A DNA stretch of 61,777 nt from positions 1-61,777 of the forward strand of contig JASLYJ010000006.1 in assembly GCA_030739855.1 (NCBI GenBank), in the 5' to 3' direction. The notes under the pieces were generated by a model. It saw only the letters and a program-made list of their open reading frames with translations, was not told the origin of the DNA and searched no databases. The stretch is from Alphaproteobacteria bacterium (GTDB taxonomy: Bacteria > Pseudomonadota > Alphaproteobacteria > UBA11136). Below are positions 23,119 through 32,724 of this stretch, one piece after another (the first letter of the stretch is position 1; each line of letters opens with the position of its first letter). Made by a program: the position numbers and the translations under genes.

Positions 23119-23555
23119 GGTGCGCCTCCGGTATTGATCGCGAGTGAGGCTGGGGATGCGTCCTTTTCGGACGCATCCCCAGTGAGCAGGGCCTGTCGGA
23201 CGTCGTGGGACGAGGGGGAGGTTAGGCCCTGCTCGAGACTCTTATTTTCACCAGTCGTTTGCTTCGATGAGGCAGGGTCGTGCCGCCTGGGAAGTTCTTT
23301 AATGGTAGTGATGCGCTCGGCGGAGAACGGAGTGAAGCCCAGAAATTTAGTGTTAAGTTTCTGTAACTGGCGGGGTCGATTGAGGTAGCTCCAATCGGCG
23401 TTGAGAGCGTGAATGGCTTCCTGGTCGTTGAGAATATTGCCGTGAAGCCTTGTCAGTTCTGCTTCCATGATCTGCACTTCGTGTTGTATCTTGAACAGGC
23501 CAAAGCCAAAGATCGCCAAGAGCACGAGGCAAGCAAGAGTCATAGGCCGGATCAT
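23115..23555 (-). CDS. ftsL: cell division protein FtsL (alphaproteobacterial type)
   Basis: N-terminal TM, coiled coil and LNADWSYLNRPRQL motif; its stop overlaps the ftsI start. Confidence 0.85.
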   Translation of the reverse strand: MIRPMTLACLVLLAIFGFGLFKIQHEVQIMEAELTRLHGNILNDQEAIHALNADWSYLNRPRQLQKLNTKFLGFTPFSAERITTIKELPRRHDPASSKQTTGENKSLEQGLTSPSSHDVRQALLTGDASEKDASPASLAINTGGAP

Positions 23556-23588
23556 GGTTTTGAGGCTCCTGTCCCTTACAATCCTTTT

Positions 23589-25259
23589 TTAATTGGCCTG
23601 TCTGCGCAGGAACGTCGGGATTTCCAACAGGTCGTCATCGCTCTGGGACATCGGCATGCGGTCCACGGGGTCCATGCCGCCCAGTCTCGGCTGGATATTG
23701 GGCGGGTTCGATTCTGCGGCCGGCACCGGAGCGGGAGCAAGGACGGGAGCCTCCGCTGGTTTCACTGCCTTGACCTTCTTGTTCTTATTGCGGGCTTCTG
23801 TCAACTTTCTGAACATGCCTCCCGGCCCTTTCCTTTCTCGGCCACCGTTGGCCATGGCTGCAGCGGCGAAGGGATTGACCGGAGTTTCTTTCATCTCACC
23901 TTCTTGTCCTTCGTCGGACGCCTCTACCGGGCGCGGCGAAATGAAAGGAGACCTGCTTTGCTCCCGCAAGGTGGTGGCAAGCCTTTCCACGGGCACGCCA
24001 AGTTCCTCTGCTTTGGATTCGGCCCAAGCTTTCTTCGCGTGCCCCGGAGGTGGGGCGATATCCAACCCGTCATCGCCGGAAGCCGTTTCCTTTCTGACAT
24101 CAGGAGCCGGCGTGATTTTGTCGGCATCCGTTGGCAAGGGAAGAACCACGCTGTCGGTCTTGGCTGCTGCCGTGGGGTTTTCCGCCTTGCGCGGGGGCGT
24201 ATATTTGTCGCCGATGGCAGGCATTTCAGGTACGTTGTTTATCCCTGGATGATCGGTGAGGAGATGCACATTATCGCTACTGGCGGCCACCTCAGCGTCG
24301 ATTCCCGTGGCCACAACCGAAACCCGCATGAGGCCCTCCATGGTGTCCTCAATGGCGGTGCCGAAAATGATATTAGCGCTGGAGTCCACTTCCTCCTTGA
24401 TGCGGTTGGCGGCTTCGTCCACCTCGAACATTTTCATATCCAACCCACCTGTGATGTTAATGAGCACGCCGCGCGCACCCTTCATGGAGGCATCTTGGAG
24501 TAGGGGATTGGAGATAGCAGCTTCGGAAGCTTCCAGAGCACGTTTTTCACCCTCGGCTTCGCCGGTACCCATCTGTGCTTTGCCCATTTCAGTCATCACC
24601 GAACGGATGTCGGCAAAATCGAGATTAATAAGGCCGGGTTTGACCATCAGGTCCGTGACCCCGCGTACGCCACAGTGAAGCACTTCGTCGGCCATATTGA
24701 AGGCCTCGGCGAAGGTGGTATTTTCGTTGGCCACCCGGAATAAGTTTTGGTTGGGGATAATGATCAGGGTATCTACGTATTGCTGAAGTTCCTCAATGCC
24801 GCCTTCGGCGATATACATGCGCGTGGTGCCTTCGAAATCGAATGGTTTGGTGACGACGCCTACGGTGAGGATTCCAAGTTCCCTCGCAGCACGGGCGACG
24901 ACCGGCGCAGAGCCGGTTCCCGTGCCACCGCCCATGCCGGCCGTGATGAAAGCCATATGGGTGCCAGTGAGGTGCTCGATGAGTTCATCGATAGTTTCTT
25001 CCGCCGCGGCTCTGCCAATATCGGGACGCGATCCGGCGCCCAACCCTTTAGTGATGGTAGCCCCAAGCTGGATCTTGCGTCCGGCTTCAGATTGGGCGAG
25101 CGCCTGGGCATCGGTGTTAGAGGCAATGAATTCTACGCCCTGCAGTCCAGAGCGGATCATGTTGTCAATGGCGTTACCGCCAGCACCACCGATACCTACG
25201 ACGGTAATTCTGGGTTTCATTTCGGCTTCCTTAGGAGGAAGGCTCAGATTGATACTCAT
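23589..25259 (-). CDS. ftsZ: cell division protein FtsZ with a long linker, in a non-canonical position
   Basis: GGAGGNA, tubulin signature GGGTGTG, T7 loop NLDFAD and C-terminal peptide [12 protein letters not shown]. Confidence 0.98.
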   Translation of the reverse strand: MSINLSLPPKEAEMKPRITVVGIGGAGGNAIDNMIRSGLQGVEFIASNTDAQALAQSEAGRKIQLGATITKGLGAGSRPDIGRAAAEETIDELIEHLTGTHMAFITAGMGGGTGTGSAPVVARAARELGILTVGVVTKPFDFEGTTRMYIAEGGIEELQQYVDTLIIIPNQNLFRVANENTTFAEAFNMADEVLHCGVRGVTDLMVKPGLINLDFADIRSVMTEMGKAQMGTGEAEGEKRALEASEAAISNPLLQDASMKGARGVLINITGGLDMKMFEVDEAANRIKEEVDSSANIIFGTAIEDTMEGLMRVSVVATGIDAEVAASSDNVHLLTDHPGINNVPEMPAIGDKYTPPRKAENPTAAAKTDSVVLPLPTDADKITPAPDVRKETASGDDGLDIAPPPGHAKKAWAESKAEELGVPVERLATTLREQSRSPFISPRPVEASDEGQEGEMKETPVNPFAAAAMANGGRERKGPGGMFRKLTEARNKNKKVKAVKPAEAPVLAPAPVPAAESNPPNIQPRLGGMDPVDRMPMSQSDDDLLEIPTFLRRQAN

Positions 25260-25262
25260 AAT

Positions 25263-26345
25263 TCACTCCTTTTCGTTCTCTCTAGTAGGAAAACATCCTG
25301 TTGATCTTTGTTCCGGATTGATCTCCCAGGCCGGTTCATTCGTGCGGATGGCAGTGCGCATGCGTCCCGAACGGGCACGGGGGTTGACGTCGGTTTCCGC
25401 CTTGTCGGGCGGGACTGCACCTCTTGAGATATTGGTGAAGCTAGGGGCGGGGCTAAAAACGGCAGTATCGGGGAGATGACGCGAGGGCCGCGGCGTAGCG
25501 CCGCTGCGCTGTTTGAGAAACCCCTTCACCCGGCGGTCTTCCAACGAGTGGAAGGAGACTACGGCCAGCGTGCCGCCGGGGCTTAGAATCCGTTCCGCAG
25601 CGGCCAGCCCGCGGTCCAATTCCCCGATCTCGTTATTGACGTGAATACGCAGGGCCTGGAAGGTACGGGTAGCGGGATCAATGCCGTCGCGACTTTTCCG
25701 CACCACACTGCGGACGATGCCAGCGAGTTGGAAGGTGTGGATGATAGGGGACTCGCTGCGTGCTTTGACGATGGCTCTGGCCACATGCAGTGACCGGCGT
25801 TCGCTGCCGTAGTGGTAGATAATATCTGCTAGTTCCTTTTCGTCCATATTATTGACAATGTCCGCTGCGCTTGGCCCCGCGGCATCGTTGCCTTCCATGC
25901 GCATGTCGAGAGGCCCGTTGAAACGGAAGGAAAAACCCCGCTCCGGCTGGTCGAGCTGCATGGAAGATACGCCGAGATCGAAGGTGACTCCCTCTACCCG
26001 AGTCACGCCGTGTTTGGCCAGAAGACTGCCCATATCTCCGAAACATCCGGTGATAAGTTCCAAGCGGTCACCGAATTTGTCCTTCATGGCGGTGCCGGTG
26101 GTAATAGCGTAGGGGTCGCGATCAATGCCCCAGACCGTGCAATCGGCAGCCTCGAGGATGGCGGCGCTGTAGCCGCCCGCGCCGAAGGTGCCGTCCACAT
26201 AGACCCCGCCGTCATGGGGGGTGAAAGCCTTAAGAACTTTGTCCAAAAGGACTGGTTTGTGGATAGCGGGGGGAGGGCAGATGGCGCCGCCGGAGACACT
26301 TGCACAGGCGTGCATGGTGGTCATTGCCGGAGGCGCGAATATCAT
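25263..26345 (-). CDS. rsmH: 16S rRNA m4C1402 methyltransferase
   Basis: HKPVLL, DGTFGAGGYS, DLGVSSMQLD, ATRTFQALRI, SFHSLEDR and NPRARS. Confidence 0.97.
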   Translation of the reverse strand: MIFAPPAMTTMHACASVSGGAICPPPAIHKPVLLDKVLKAFTPHDGGVYVDGTFGAGGYSAAILEAADCTVWGIDRDPYAITTGTAMKDKFGDRLELITGCFGDMGSLLAKHGVTRVEGVTFDLGVSSMQLDQPERGFSFRFNGPLDMRMEGNDAAGPSAADIVNNMDEKELADIIYHYGSERRSLHVARAIVKARSESPIIHTFQLAGIVRSVVRKSRDGIDPATRTFQALRIHVNNEIGELDRGLAAAERILSPGGTLAVVSFHSLEDRRVKGFLKQRSGATPRPSRHLPDTAVFSPAPSFTNISRGAVPPDKAETDVNPRARSGRMRTAIRTNEPAWEINPEQRSTGCFPTRENEKE

Positions 26346-26827
26346 GAACCGCCTCCGGAACTGTTTTTGCCTCTTGGTATGGGCCGTAGCCTCAGGCTAA
26401 TACCCTTGCTTTCTGTTTGTTTGAGAGTGTTCTGGCGGTGGGTTTCGTAATGTTGCGGCTGCCACATCTGGAATGTGGGGCCGAGTCCTGCAAATAGGAC
26501 TTCGTCAGTAATATAAACACGGGAGCCAAGGGGTTTAGGCAGGACGATGCGGCCGGTGTCGTCGAAAGCAAGCTGTTCGGCCTGGGCAAAGATAAGCTGG
26601 GCTAGGTCTAGTTCCTCTGGTGAATACTGGTCGGGTTCGTCGAGGCTGGCTGAGAGCGCTTCCATGCGGTCTATGCCGCAGGCATCAATGGCGCTAAGTT
26701 CGGGAGAGGGGAAGGCGACAATGCCAGCGAAGCTCTGGTTCGCTAGGGCCGAGCGGAAAGGTGCGGGCACCGAAACCCGCCCTTTCTTGTCGACCTTGTT
26801 TACCGTCGTAGACAGAAACAGAGCCAT
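26342..26827 (-). CDS. mraZ: dcw transcriptional repressor MraZ
   Basis: Two DxxGR motifs (VDKKGRVSVP, FDDTGRIVLP); first gene of the dcw cluster. Confidence 0.95.
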   Translation of the reverse strand: MALFLSTTVNKVDKKGRVSVPAPFRSALANQSFAGIVAFPSPELSAIDACGIDRMEALSASLDEPDQYSPEELDLAQLIFAQAEQLAFDDTGRIVLPKPLGSRVYITDEVLFAGLGPTFQMWQPQHYETHRQNTLKQTESKGISLRLRPIPRGKNSSGGGS

Positions 26828-26954
26828 GTACCCCCCAAGTAAAAAAAACCTCTTTTACATGCGCTACACCGCACTCCTCTTATTTCCCCCGGTTTGTTCC
26901 GGATGGCGGCGTGCGGAACTTCGCCCTGTCCCATGGCATCCTTGTGCTATAAGC

Positions 26955-26990
26955 GTGGGATACTATGGGATTGCATGGTATATTATGGGT
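26955..26990. promoter_or_regulatory. MraZ-type binding repeats (four TGG-GA/TA/GT units, 10-bp period)
   Basis: TGGGA at 26956 and 26966, TGGTA at 26976, TGGGT at 26986; about 130-160 bp upstream of mraZ. Confidence 0.7.
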
Positions 26991-27134
26991 AAGAATTAAG
27001 AAGCACAATAAAAAACTGGAAAATTGTTTTTTTACTAGTTGTGGGGTGCTTTTCACTTTCTCCAACAAGGACTGGTGAAAAACTTGAGCTTTCATGCAAG
27101 CATTATTTCCATAGCGGCAAATAAGCTCCCAAGT

Positions 27135-27149
27135 GTTCATTAAATGTTC
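27135..27149. promoter_or_regulatory. alphaproteobacterial LexA (SOS) box GTTC-N7-GTTC
   Basis: GTTC-ATTAAAT-GTTC in the AT-rich rnpB-mraZ intergenic region. Confidence 0.5.
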
Positions 27150-27251
27150 TTGTTTTTTGTTGAGATTTATCTTAGGGAGCTACCTCCCGGGGACGGCAAT
27201 GGAGATGCATAGCTCGTAATCGAGGTAAGTAACTGAGAAAATAAAGAAAAA

Positions 27252-27640
<389 letters not shown>

Positions 27641-27728
27641 GGACTTAGGTAAGCTGTTGGGGTGAAAAGATCAAGACAGGTTACATACGGATCTTTATCA
27701 GGTCGGAATAGTATCAAAAAATAGGGGT

Positions 27729-28547
27729 TTAACTTTCTTGGGCAGCGGCTGCCACGGCGCGAAGCACAGCGAAGGTTCCCGCATCCATTTTCCCTCTCAC
27801 GCCGCTGGGGTGGAAATGGCTCTGAAAGGCGGTAATCACCAAGCGGGTGTGTTCGTCCTCCTCGCCATTGGCGGAGATGTCATAGCCGAAACTTTTGAGC
27901 AGTTTCTGAGCTTCCAGGATATCCGGGCTATTGTCCGTTTTTTTTGGCTGATGGGTTGCGGGCCAGAGGCCGATTCCAGCGGCGGCTAGTCTTGCCCAGT
28001 CGAAAAGCTCTCCGGGGTCCTGTTTGCGTGCCGGAGCCACGTCGGAATGACCGAGAACATTGCGGGCAGGGATGGCGTGTCGCTCCAGGAGATCTCCAGC
28101 CAGACGTTCCAAGGTCAACATCTGGGGTTCGGGAAAGTGGCGGTAGCCAAACTCGGTGCCCGGATTCACCAGCTCAATGCCGATGGAGCGGTCATTTATA
28201 TTGGTTTCGCCCCCCCAAGAGGCAGTTCCGGCATGCCAGGCGCGCTTATTTTCCGCTACCATCCGGTAGATGGTCCCGTCTTCGTCGATAACAAAATGAG
28301 CGCTGACCCTGGCTTTGGGATCACGCATGTGCGCCAGGGCGGAAACGGCATTTTCCATGCCTGTGTAGTGGATAATGAGCATGTCGATGGCCACGCCCCA
28401 GGGCCGCGGTTCGAAATTTGGTGATGGCATATCACGCATGGCCTTGAACCGGATTCCATATTCTGGTGGGGGCGCAGAAACTCCCGGAAATAAAGTACAA
28501 CCCGAAACTAGTACCACGGCAAGGGCCAAGGGAAGAACATGCTTCAT
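27729..28547 (-). CDS. N-acetylmuramoyl-L-alanine amidase (AmiD-like lipoprotein with a peptidoglycan-binding tail)
   Basis: Lipobox VSGC, IIHYT, VSAHF, RAWHAG, SIGIEL, GHSDVAPARKQDPG and AFQSHF. Confidence 0.92.
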   Translation of the reverse strand: MKHVLPLALAVVLVSGCTLFPGVSAPPPEYGIRFKAMRDMPSPNFEPRPWGVAIDMLIIHYTGMENAVSALAHMRDPKARVSAHFVIDEDGTIYRMVAENKRAWHAGTASWGGETNINDRSIGIELVNPGTEFGYRHFPEPQMLTLERLAGDLLERHAIPARNVLGHSDVAPARKQDPGELFDWARLAAAGIGLWPATHQPKKTDNSPDILEAQKLLKSFGYDISANGEEDEHTRLVITAFQSHFHPSGVRGKMDAGTFAVLRAVAAAAQES

Positions 28548-29446
28548 GGCCTTTCCTTTTGTCCCGGTTCTACCGCAATACTTTCCCCCACTTTACCCGT
28601 TCGCATCGAGGCAAAGACGATAACAACCACTCCTATAAGGGTGACGGCGATGCCCAGCGCTATCATCCAGGTAAGTTCTTCGCTCAGCAGAATAATGCCG
28701 CCGAGAATTCCTACCAGCGGCGCTACTAGGGTATAGGGCATCATCTGGCTCATGGGGTATCTGCCCAGTAAATAATACCACACACCGTAGACGGCGATGG
28801 TGGAGACAACCGCCATGTAGGCCACCGCACCGTAGCCCCGCCAGCCGGCTGTCATAAGTGCCGTCCATTGGCCTGATTCGAACATCACGGAAAGGAGGAA
28901 GAGCTGGGGCGCGGCGAACAGGGAGATCCAACCGTTTAGCATAAAGACGTTGATGGGACCAAGCCGCTTGACGGAGATGTTGGAAAAGGCCCAGGCAGCG
29001 GCGGCCAGCACAATCAGCAGCAGGTAGACCACATGACCCTGGAACTCTGCGCGGCTGCCGATGAGGGCCACCCCGGCGAAAGCGATGGCGGTTCCGAGAA
29101 GACTACGTACTGAGGGCCGTTCGTTGAGCAGGACCACAGCTAGAATTACCGCGAAAGGGAGCTGTAGCTGGATCACCACCGCGCCCAGTGCTGCCTCCAC
29201 CTGGGTCAATCCCAAAAAAAGCATGCCGAAATGGAAGAAACCGAGAATCACAGAAATGCGGAAGATCTCCCCAGCCCTACCTTTGATCTGGCGCATGAAG
29301 GGTATCAGCAGCGTTGCCGCCAGCGAGAAACGCAGCGCCAGTATCAGCAAGGGTGGTAGTTCCAGCAGGCCAATTTTGATGGCTACGAAATTCAGGCCCC
29401 AGAAGGCCATGGCCAAGATCATCAGAAGGATGTGGAGAGGTTTCAT
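28544..29446 (-). CDS. EamA/DMT family transporter
   Basis: About 10 hydrophobic segments; WGLNFVAIK…PPLL…RF motif and two EamA repeats. Confidence 0.9.
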   Translation of the reverse strand: MKPLHILLMILAMAFWGLNFVAIKIGLLELPPLLILALRFSLAATLLIPFMRQIKGRAGEIFRISVILGFFHFGMLFLGLTQVEAALGAVVIQLQLPFAVILAVVLLNERPSVRSLLGTAIAFAGVALIGSRAEFQGHVVYLLLIVLAAAAWAFSNISVKRLGPINVFMLNGWISLFAAPQLFLLSVMFESGQWTALMTAGWRGYGAVAYMAVVSTIAVYGVWYYLLGRYPMSQMMPYTLVAPLVGILGGIILLSEELTWMIALGIAVTLIGVVVIVFASMRTGKVGESIAVEPGQKERP

Positions 29447-29528
29447 GCTACCTTATGTATAGGCCTTGGATTTTTTGCGCAGAAGCTGGCATCGATGCTT
29501 TCAACCCCCTGACCAGCTATGAAGCATC

Positions 29529-30995
29529 CTAATCGGCGATAATCTTGACCATTTGCCCAGGGGCGGGTTTCTGTCCCGAGGCAAGTCCGTTTAAGACCTG
29601 GAACCTCTCGAGCCGGAAATCCTCAAAGGGCATTCTGTCGGCTAGCGATCGCAGGCTGTCGCCGGACCCCACCATGATAATCTTGATCCGCCGCGGCAAT
29701 ACCGAGGCCGCTTCCCCCCGCCGCAAACGCCGGAAACTGTACGTGGTGCGACGAAAATCCACCGACCGGCTGTTGGCCTCGCTTACCGGCGCCAGAAAAA
29801 TGAACCGGTAGATGGTCCGGGCATCGAAGGCGATGGCCAGCAGGCGCACATCCATGGTCCCTTTCTGGGTGTTGGTCAGGCTGTGGCCGGTGGCCGCCTG
29901 CATGCCGTTGACGTCAATGGCCTCGGTGTCCTGGAGAAAGTTCGCCCAGCGCGAGGTGAGGTAATAGAGCATGGGCTCGTCGTCCCGGCGTTCGGCGCTG
30001 TCGAAAAGGATGCGTGCTCCGTTTGGCCCCATGGCGGTAACGGCCCGGGCGCTGTTGAAGAGGCGGAATCCGGGCGGCGCTCGGAACCGGAACCCGAGCT
30101 TGGGATGGATGAAATCCCTGCCCTTGATGAAGCCCTGTTCGGGATCGTCGCCGTAAAGCATGCCGTCGATTTTATTGAGGTAAATATCTTTGGCGACGAT
30201 GGGGTCGGTGACGCGGGCGAGGCTGGCGCTGGCGATGGCCCGCTCCACCCGCTCGGCGGTGCGGGGATGGGTGGCGAGCAGGCTGGTGGCCGGGTCCCTG
30301 CCTTCCTCGTTTTTAAGGCTGCGCTGTAAGGCGCCATTGGCCTGGAGCTTGTTCAGGAACGCCGACATGGCATGGGGGGAAAATCTTGCCCTTGAGAGAT
30401 AGCGCACACCCAGCATGTCGGCTTCGAATTCCTGTTCCCGGGAATAACCGCTGAGGTAGAGATTGGCGCCGAGCCCGGCCAGACGGCTGATATGGGGGGT
30501 GTTGGTAAGAACTCCCAACAGGGTAACGCCGAGATTGGCGGCTACGGCCTGGCTGTAACGCTGGGCCGGATGGCGGGCCACCACATGGCCGATTTCGTGG
30601 GCCATGACCCCGGCAAGCTCGGCTTCGTTATCGGCTAGCGCCAGCAACCCCCGGGTTACATAGACAAAGCCGCCGGGGATGGCGAAGGCGTTTACGAGCG
30701 GGCTGTTGAGAACGGTGAAGGTGAAATTAAGGTTCGGGGTTTCCGATGTTCGCACCAATAACTGGCCGATGCTTCCCACATAGCGGGAAAGACCCGGGTC
30801 TTGATAGACGCCGCCGAATTCCTCGAGGATTTTGGGATGCTGTTCCTGCCCGATCCGGAGTTCCTCGGCGGGCGACATGAAGGCGGTGAAACTCTGCTGG
30901 CCGGTGGCGGGATTGACGGTGCATCCTGCGGCAACCATGCACAGTGCTAGAACTGCCAGTCGGGTCGCCAGCCTGGTGAGGAAGGGCTCCGTCAT
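29529..30995 (-). CDS. M48-family Zn metalloprotease lipoprotein with a C-terminal LysM-like domain
   Basis: AGCTVNPATG lipobox, NAFAIPGG, HEIGH, YSREQEFEAD, ATHP and GDSLRSLA…LNGL. Confidence 0.9.
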   Translation of the reverse strand: MTEPFLTRLATRLAVLALCMVAAGCTVNPATGQQSFTAFMSPAEELRIGQEQHPKILEEFGGVYQDPGLSRYVGSIGQLLVRTSETPNLNFTFTVLNSPLVNAFAIPGGFVYVTRGLLALADNEAELAGVMAHEIGHVVARHPAQRYSQAVAANLGVTLLGVLTNTPHISRLAGLGANLYLSGYSREQEFEADMLGVRYLSRARFSPHAMSAFLNKLQANGALQRSLKNEEGRDPATSLLATHPRTAERVERAIASASLARVTDPIVAKDIYLNKIDGMLYGDDPEQGFIKGRDFIHPKLGFRFRAPPGFRLFNSARAVTAMGPNGARILFDSAERRDDEPMLYYLTSRWANFLQDTEAIDVNGMQAATGHSLTNTQKGTMDVRLLAIAFDARTIYRFIFLAPVSEANSRSVDFRRTTYSFRRLRRGEAASVLPRRIKIIMVGSGDSLRSLADRMPFEDFRLERFQVLNGLASGQKPAPGQMVKIIAD

Positions 30996-31090
30996 TGCAG
31001 CGTTTCCGGCGGGGAAGCATCACCCGGGCCATGCTGGCGGATCACTTCGATCTGTTCGGGATGGGTGGCCTCGATCATATGGCCATTATG
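30992..31090 (-). pseudogene. 3' remnant of a thermonuclease (SNase-like)-family gene
   Basis: Frame reads HNGHMIEATHPEQIEVIRQHG…LQ*, with its TGA overlapping the M48 ATG. It resembles the NGPMIEATHPEQIE C-terminus I recall for the nuclease that usually precedes this protease. An in-frame TAA lies upstream at 31097-31099. Confidence 0.6.
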
Positions 31091-31147
31091 TGGCCATTAA
31101 ATGATTTCAGCCAGCCCCGCACGGGCACAGCGCTACGCCTGTGAGTG

Positions 31148-31627
31148 TTATCTTATAAGCTTCAACACGCATCCTCCGAATGCCTCCGTGCCTTTATTGA
31201 AACCCAAATTCTCACACTGGGTCTTTGCTGCGTCTAAGCCCATACTTGGAACGGCTCCACTGTCAGGTCTCCAACCGGAAGGGGCCCCCACTGCTTGGAG
31301 TTGTTGATCGCAGTTATGGCTGGTATACAAAGCTGTTAAATGCCTTGTGCGCTCATCTGCAGCGTCTTTTGCATCCGTGGTGTTTATGTAGGTGGCAACG
31401 AGCCCAGGCCACCAAAAAAGGAACGACGAAACATTCGTCCCTGTTAATCCTTGCTCATGATCGGCTAGCTGCTTGAATGTACCAGCTTCTCGCATAGCGC
31501 TCTTTAAGTCCTGACAAGATAACCGTTCGTCACCGGCTTGGACAGGCGCCACCTCATATGGTGTAGCGCAACCGGCAAGAAGCAGCCAAAGGAAAATAAG
31601 TGAAACTTTGTGATAAAACCCGTGCAT
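31148..31627 (-). CDS. hypothetical lipoprotein
   Basis: AGGAG before ATG 31627; lipobox LAGC; C-terminal Cys pair (QCENLGFNKGTEAFGGCVLKL). Confidence 0.75.
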   Translation of the reverse strand: MHGFYHKVSLIFLWLLLAGCATPYEVAPVQAGDERLSCQDLKSAMREAGTFKQLADHEQGLTGTNVSSFLFWWPGLVATYINTTDAKDAADERTRHLTALYTSHNCDQQLQAVGAPSGWRPDSGAVPSMGLDAAKTQCENLGFNKGTEAFGGCVLKLIR

Positions 31628-31747
31628 AGCCTTCTCCTTGGATGGAACACTCAAGCAGCTTTGCTACCTTGAGTCGACTTCTCCCAGGTGACTCTCAAAT
31701 CGCCTCATAACCGCCCCTCCTCAACGTAATTCTAACGCCGCAAGGCC

Positions 31748-32566
31748 TTAATACAATTTGTATGAGAGACCAACACCAATTTCGGTAGTCGTATTGGCTG
31801 GTTCCCACGCATACCAACTTACCAAACCAGCATAAGTAAGTGTTCCGATCTCAGATTTACCAATATCCCAATGTCTGGCAAATCCGTAGATAGTGGCATT
31901 ATCGCCGAGGTTATAGTCTATGTTGAAGTCTATCCCCCAACCATCAGACTGATCGTTTACAAGGTCATTGAAACCCGCGGAAATGTCGGAGGCGTATGAA
32001 GTCTGTTGTCCATCAAGAAAGAGATTAAACTGACCCTTGATTCTCCATTTATCGAATTTTGAGGGATTATAAATGGCGCCAAGTGGTAGGTAGAGATACT
32101 CTGATTGGCGGTCATAGCTTGAGTGCCCAGTTGAAGATGTTGAACCCCCGCCATCATCGTATAACCAGCGATATCCCAGCCCAACTATTGGAGTGACGTC
32201 TCCAAGCCTATATCCCGCGAATACTTCACCTCTAAATTTATAGTAGTCTTTATCCATTGTGCCTGTGCTAGCACTATCGTAGTTAACCCAACCTCGAGTT
32301 ATTTCAAGCGTATGGAAGAAATTCCACGGGTTACCGGTTGGCCGAGTTTCCCAATCTCTGAGCCCTAAAGAGACGAAAGCGATGTCTGACTCGTCAGACA
32401 TGAAAAAATTTCCGCTATCATCTGTTTCTTCATAGTCGTAATAACTGAGGTCGAACGTAACTTCTTCTGAGTGCACTAAAGAAGACTGAATTATTAAGAC
32501 AAAAAATCCAAATAATCCTATCAATATTGTGTTAGCGCTTGTTGAAATTTTCATCAAATACCCCAC
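31748..32566 (-). CDS. putative outer-membrane beta-barrel protein
   Basis: Signal peptide, aromatic-rich alternating strands and a C-terminal strand EIGVGLSYKLY. Start may be ATG 32554. Confidence 0.75.
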   Translation of the reverse strand: MGYLMKISTSANTILIGLFGFFVLIIQSSLVHSEEVTFDLSYYDYEETDDSGNFFMSDESDIAFVSLGLRDWETRPTGNPWNFFHTLEITRGWVNYDSASTGTMDKDYYKFRGEVFAGYRLGDVTPIVGLGYRWLYDDGGGSTSSTGHSSYDRQSEYLYLPLGAIYNPSKFDKWRIKGQFNLFLDGQQTSYASDISAGFNDLVNDQSDGWGIDFNIDYNLGDNATIYGFARHWDIGKSEIGTLTYAGLVSWYAWEPANTTTEIGVGLSYKLY

Positions 32567-32724
32567 ACTTCATTCGGTCTGAACTTGAGACATGCCTCCG
32601 CCCAGTGTGAGTACACGCAGAAACCGTGGCTCACGCTAAAAGCAAAACGATAGTTGTAGAACTTCTCATTCTGCGTCGAGCACCCCCACAATAACTAGCA
32701 TCACATGGTCACTAAAGACGAACG

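Noticed and set aside
23409-24503. 364-aa plus-strand ORF opposite ftsZ/ftsL
   Set aside because: Antisense shadow of a GC-rich gene with no recognisable motifs. The same applies to 2565..3314, 4166..4927, 47650..48534 and the other antisense ORFs.
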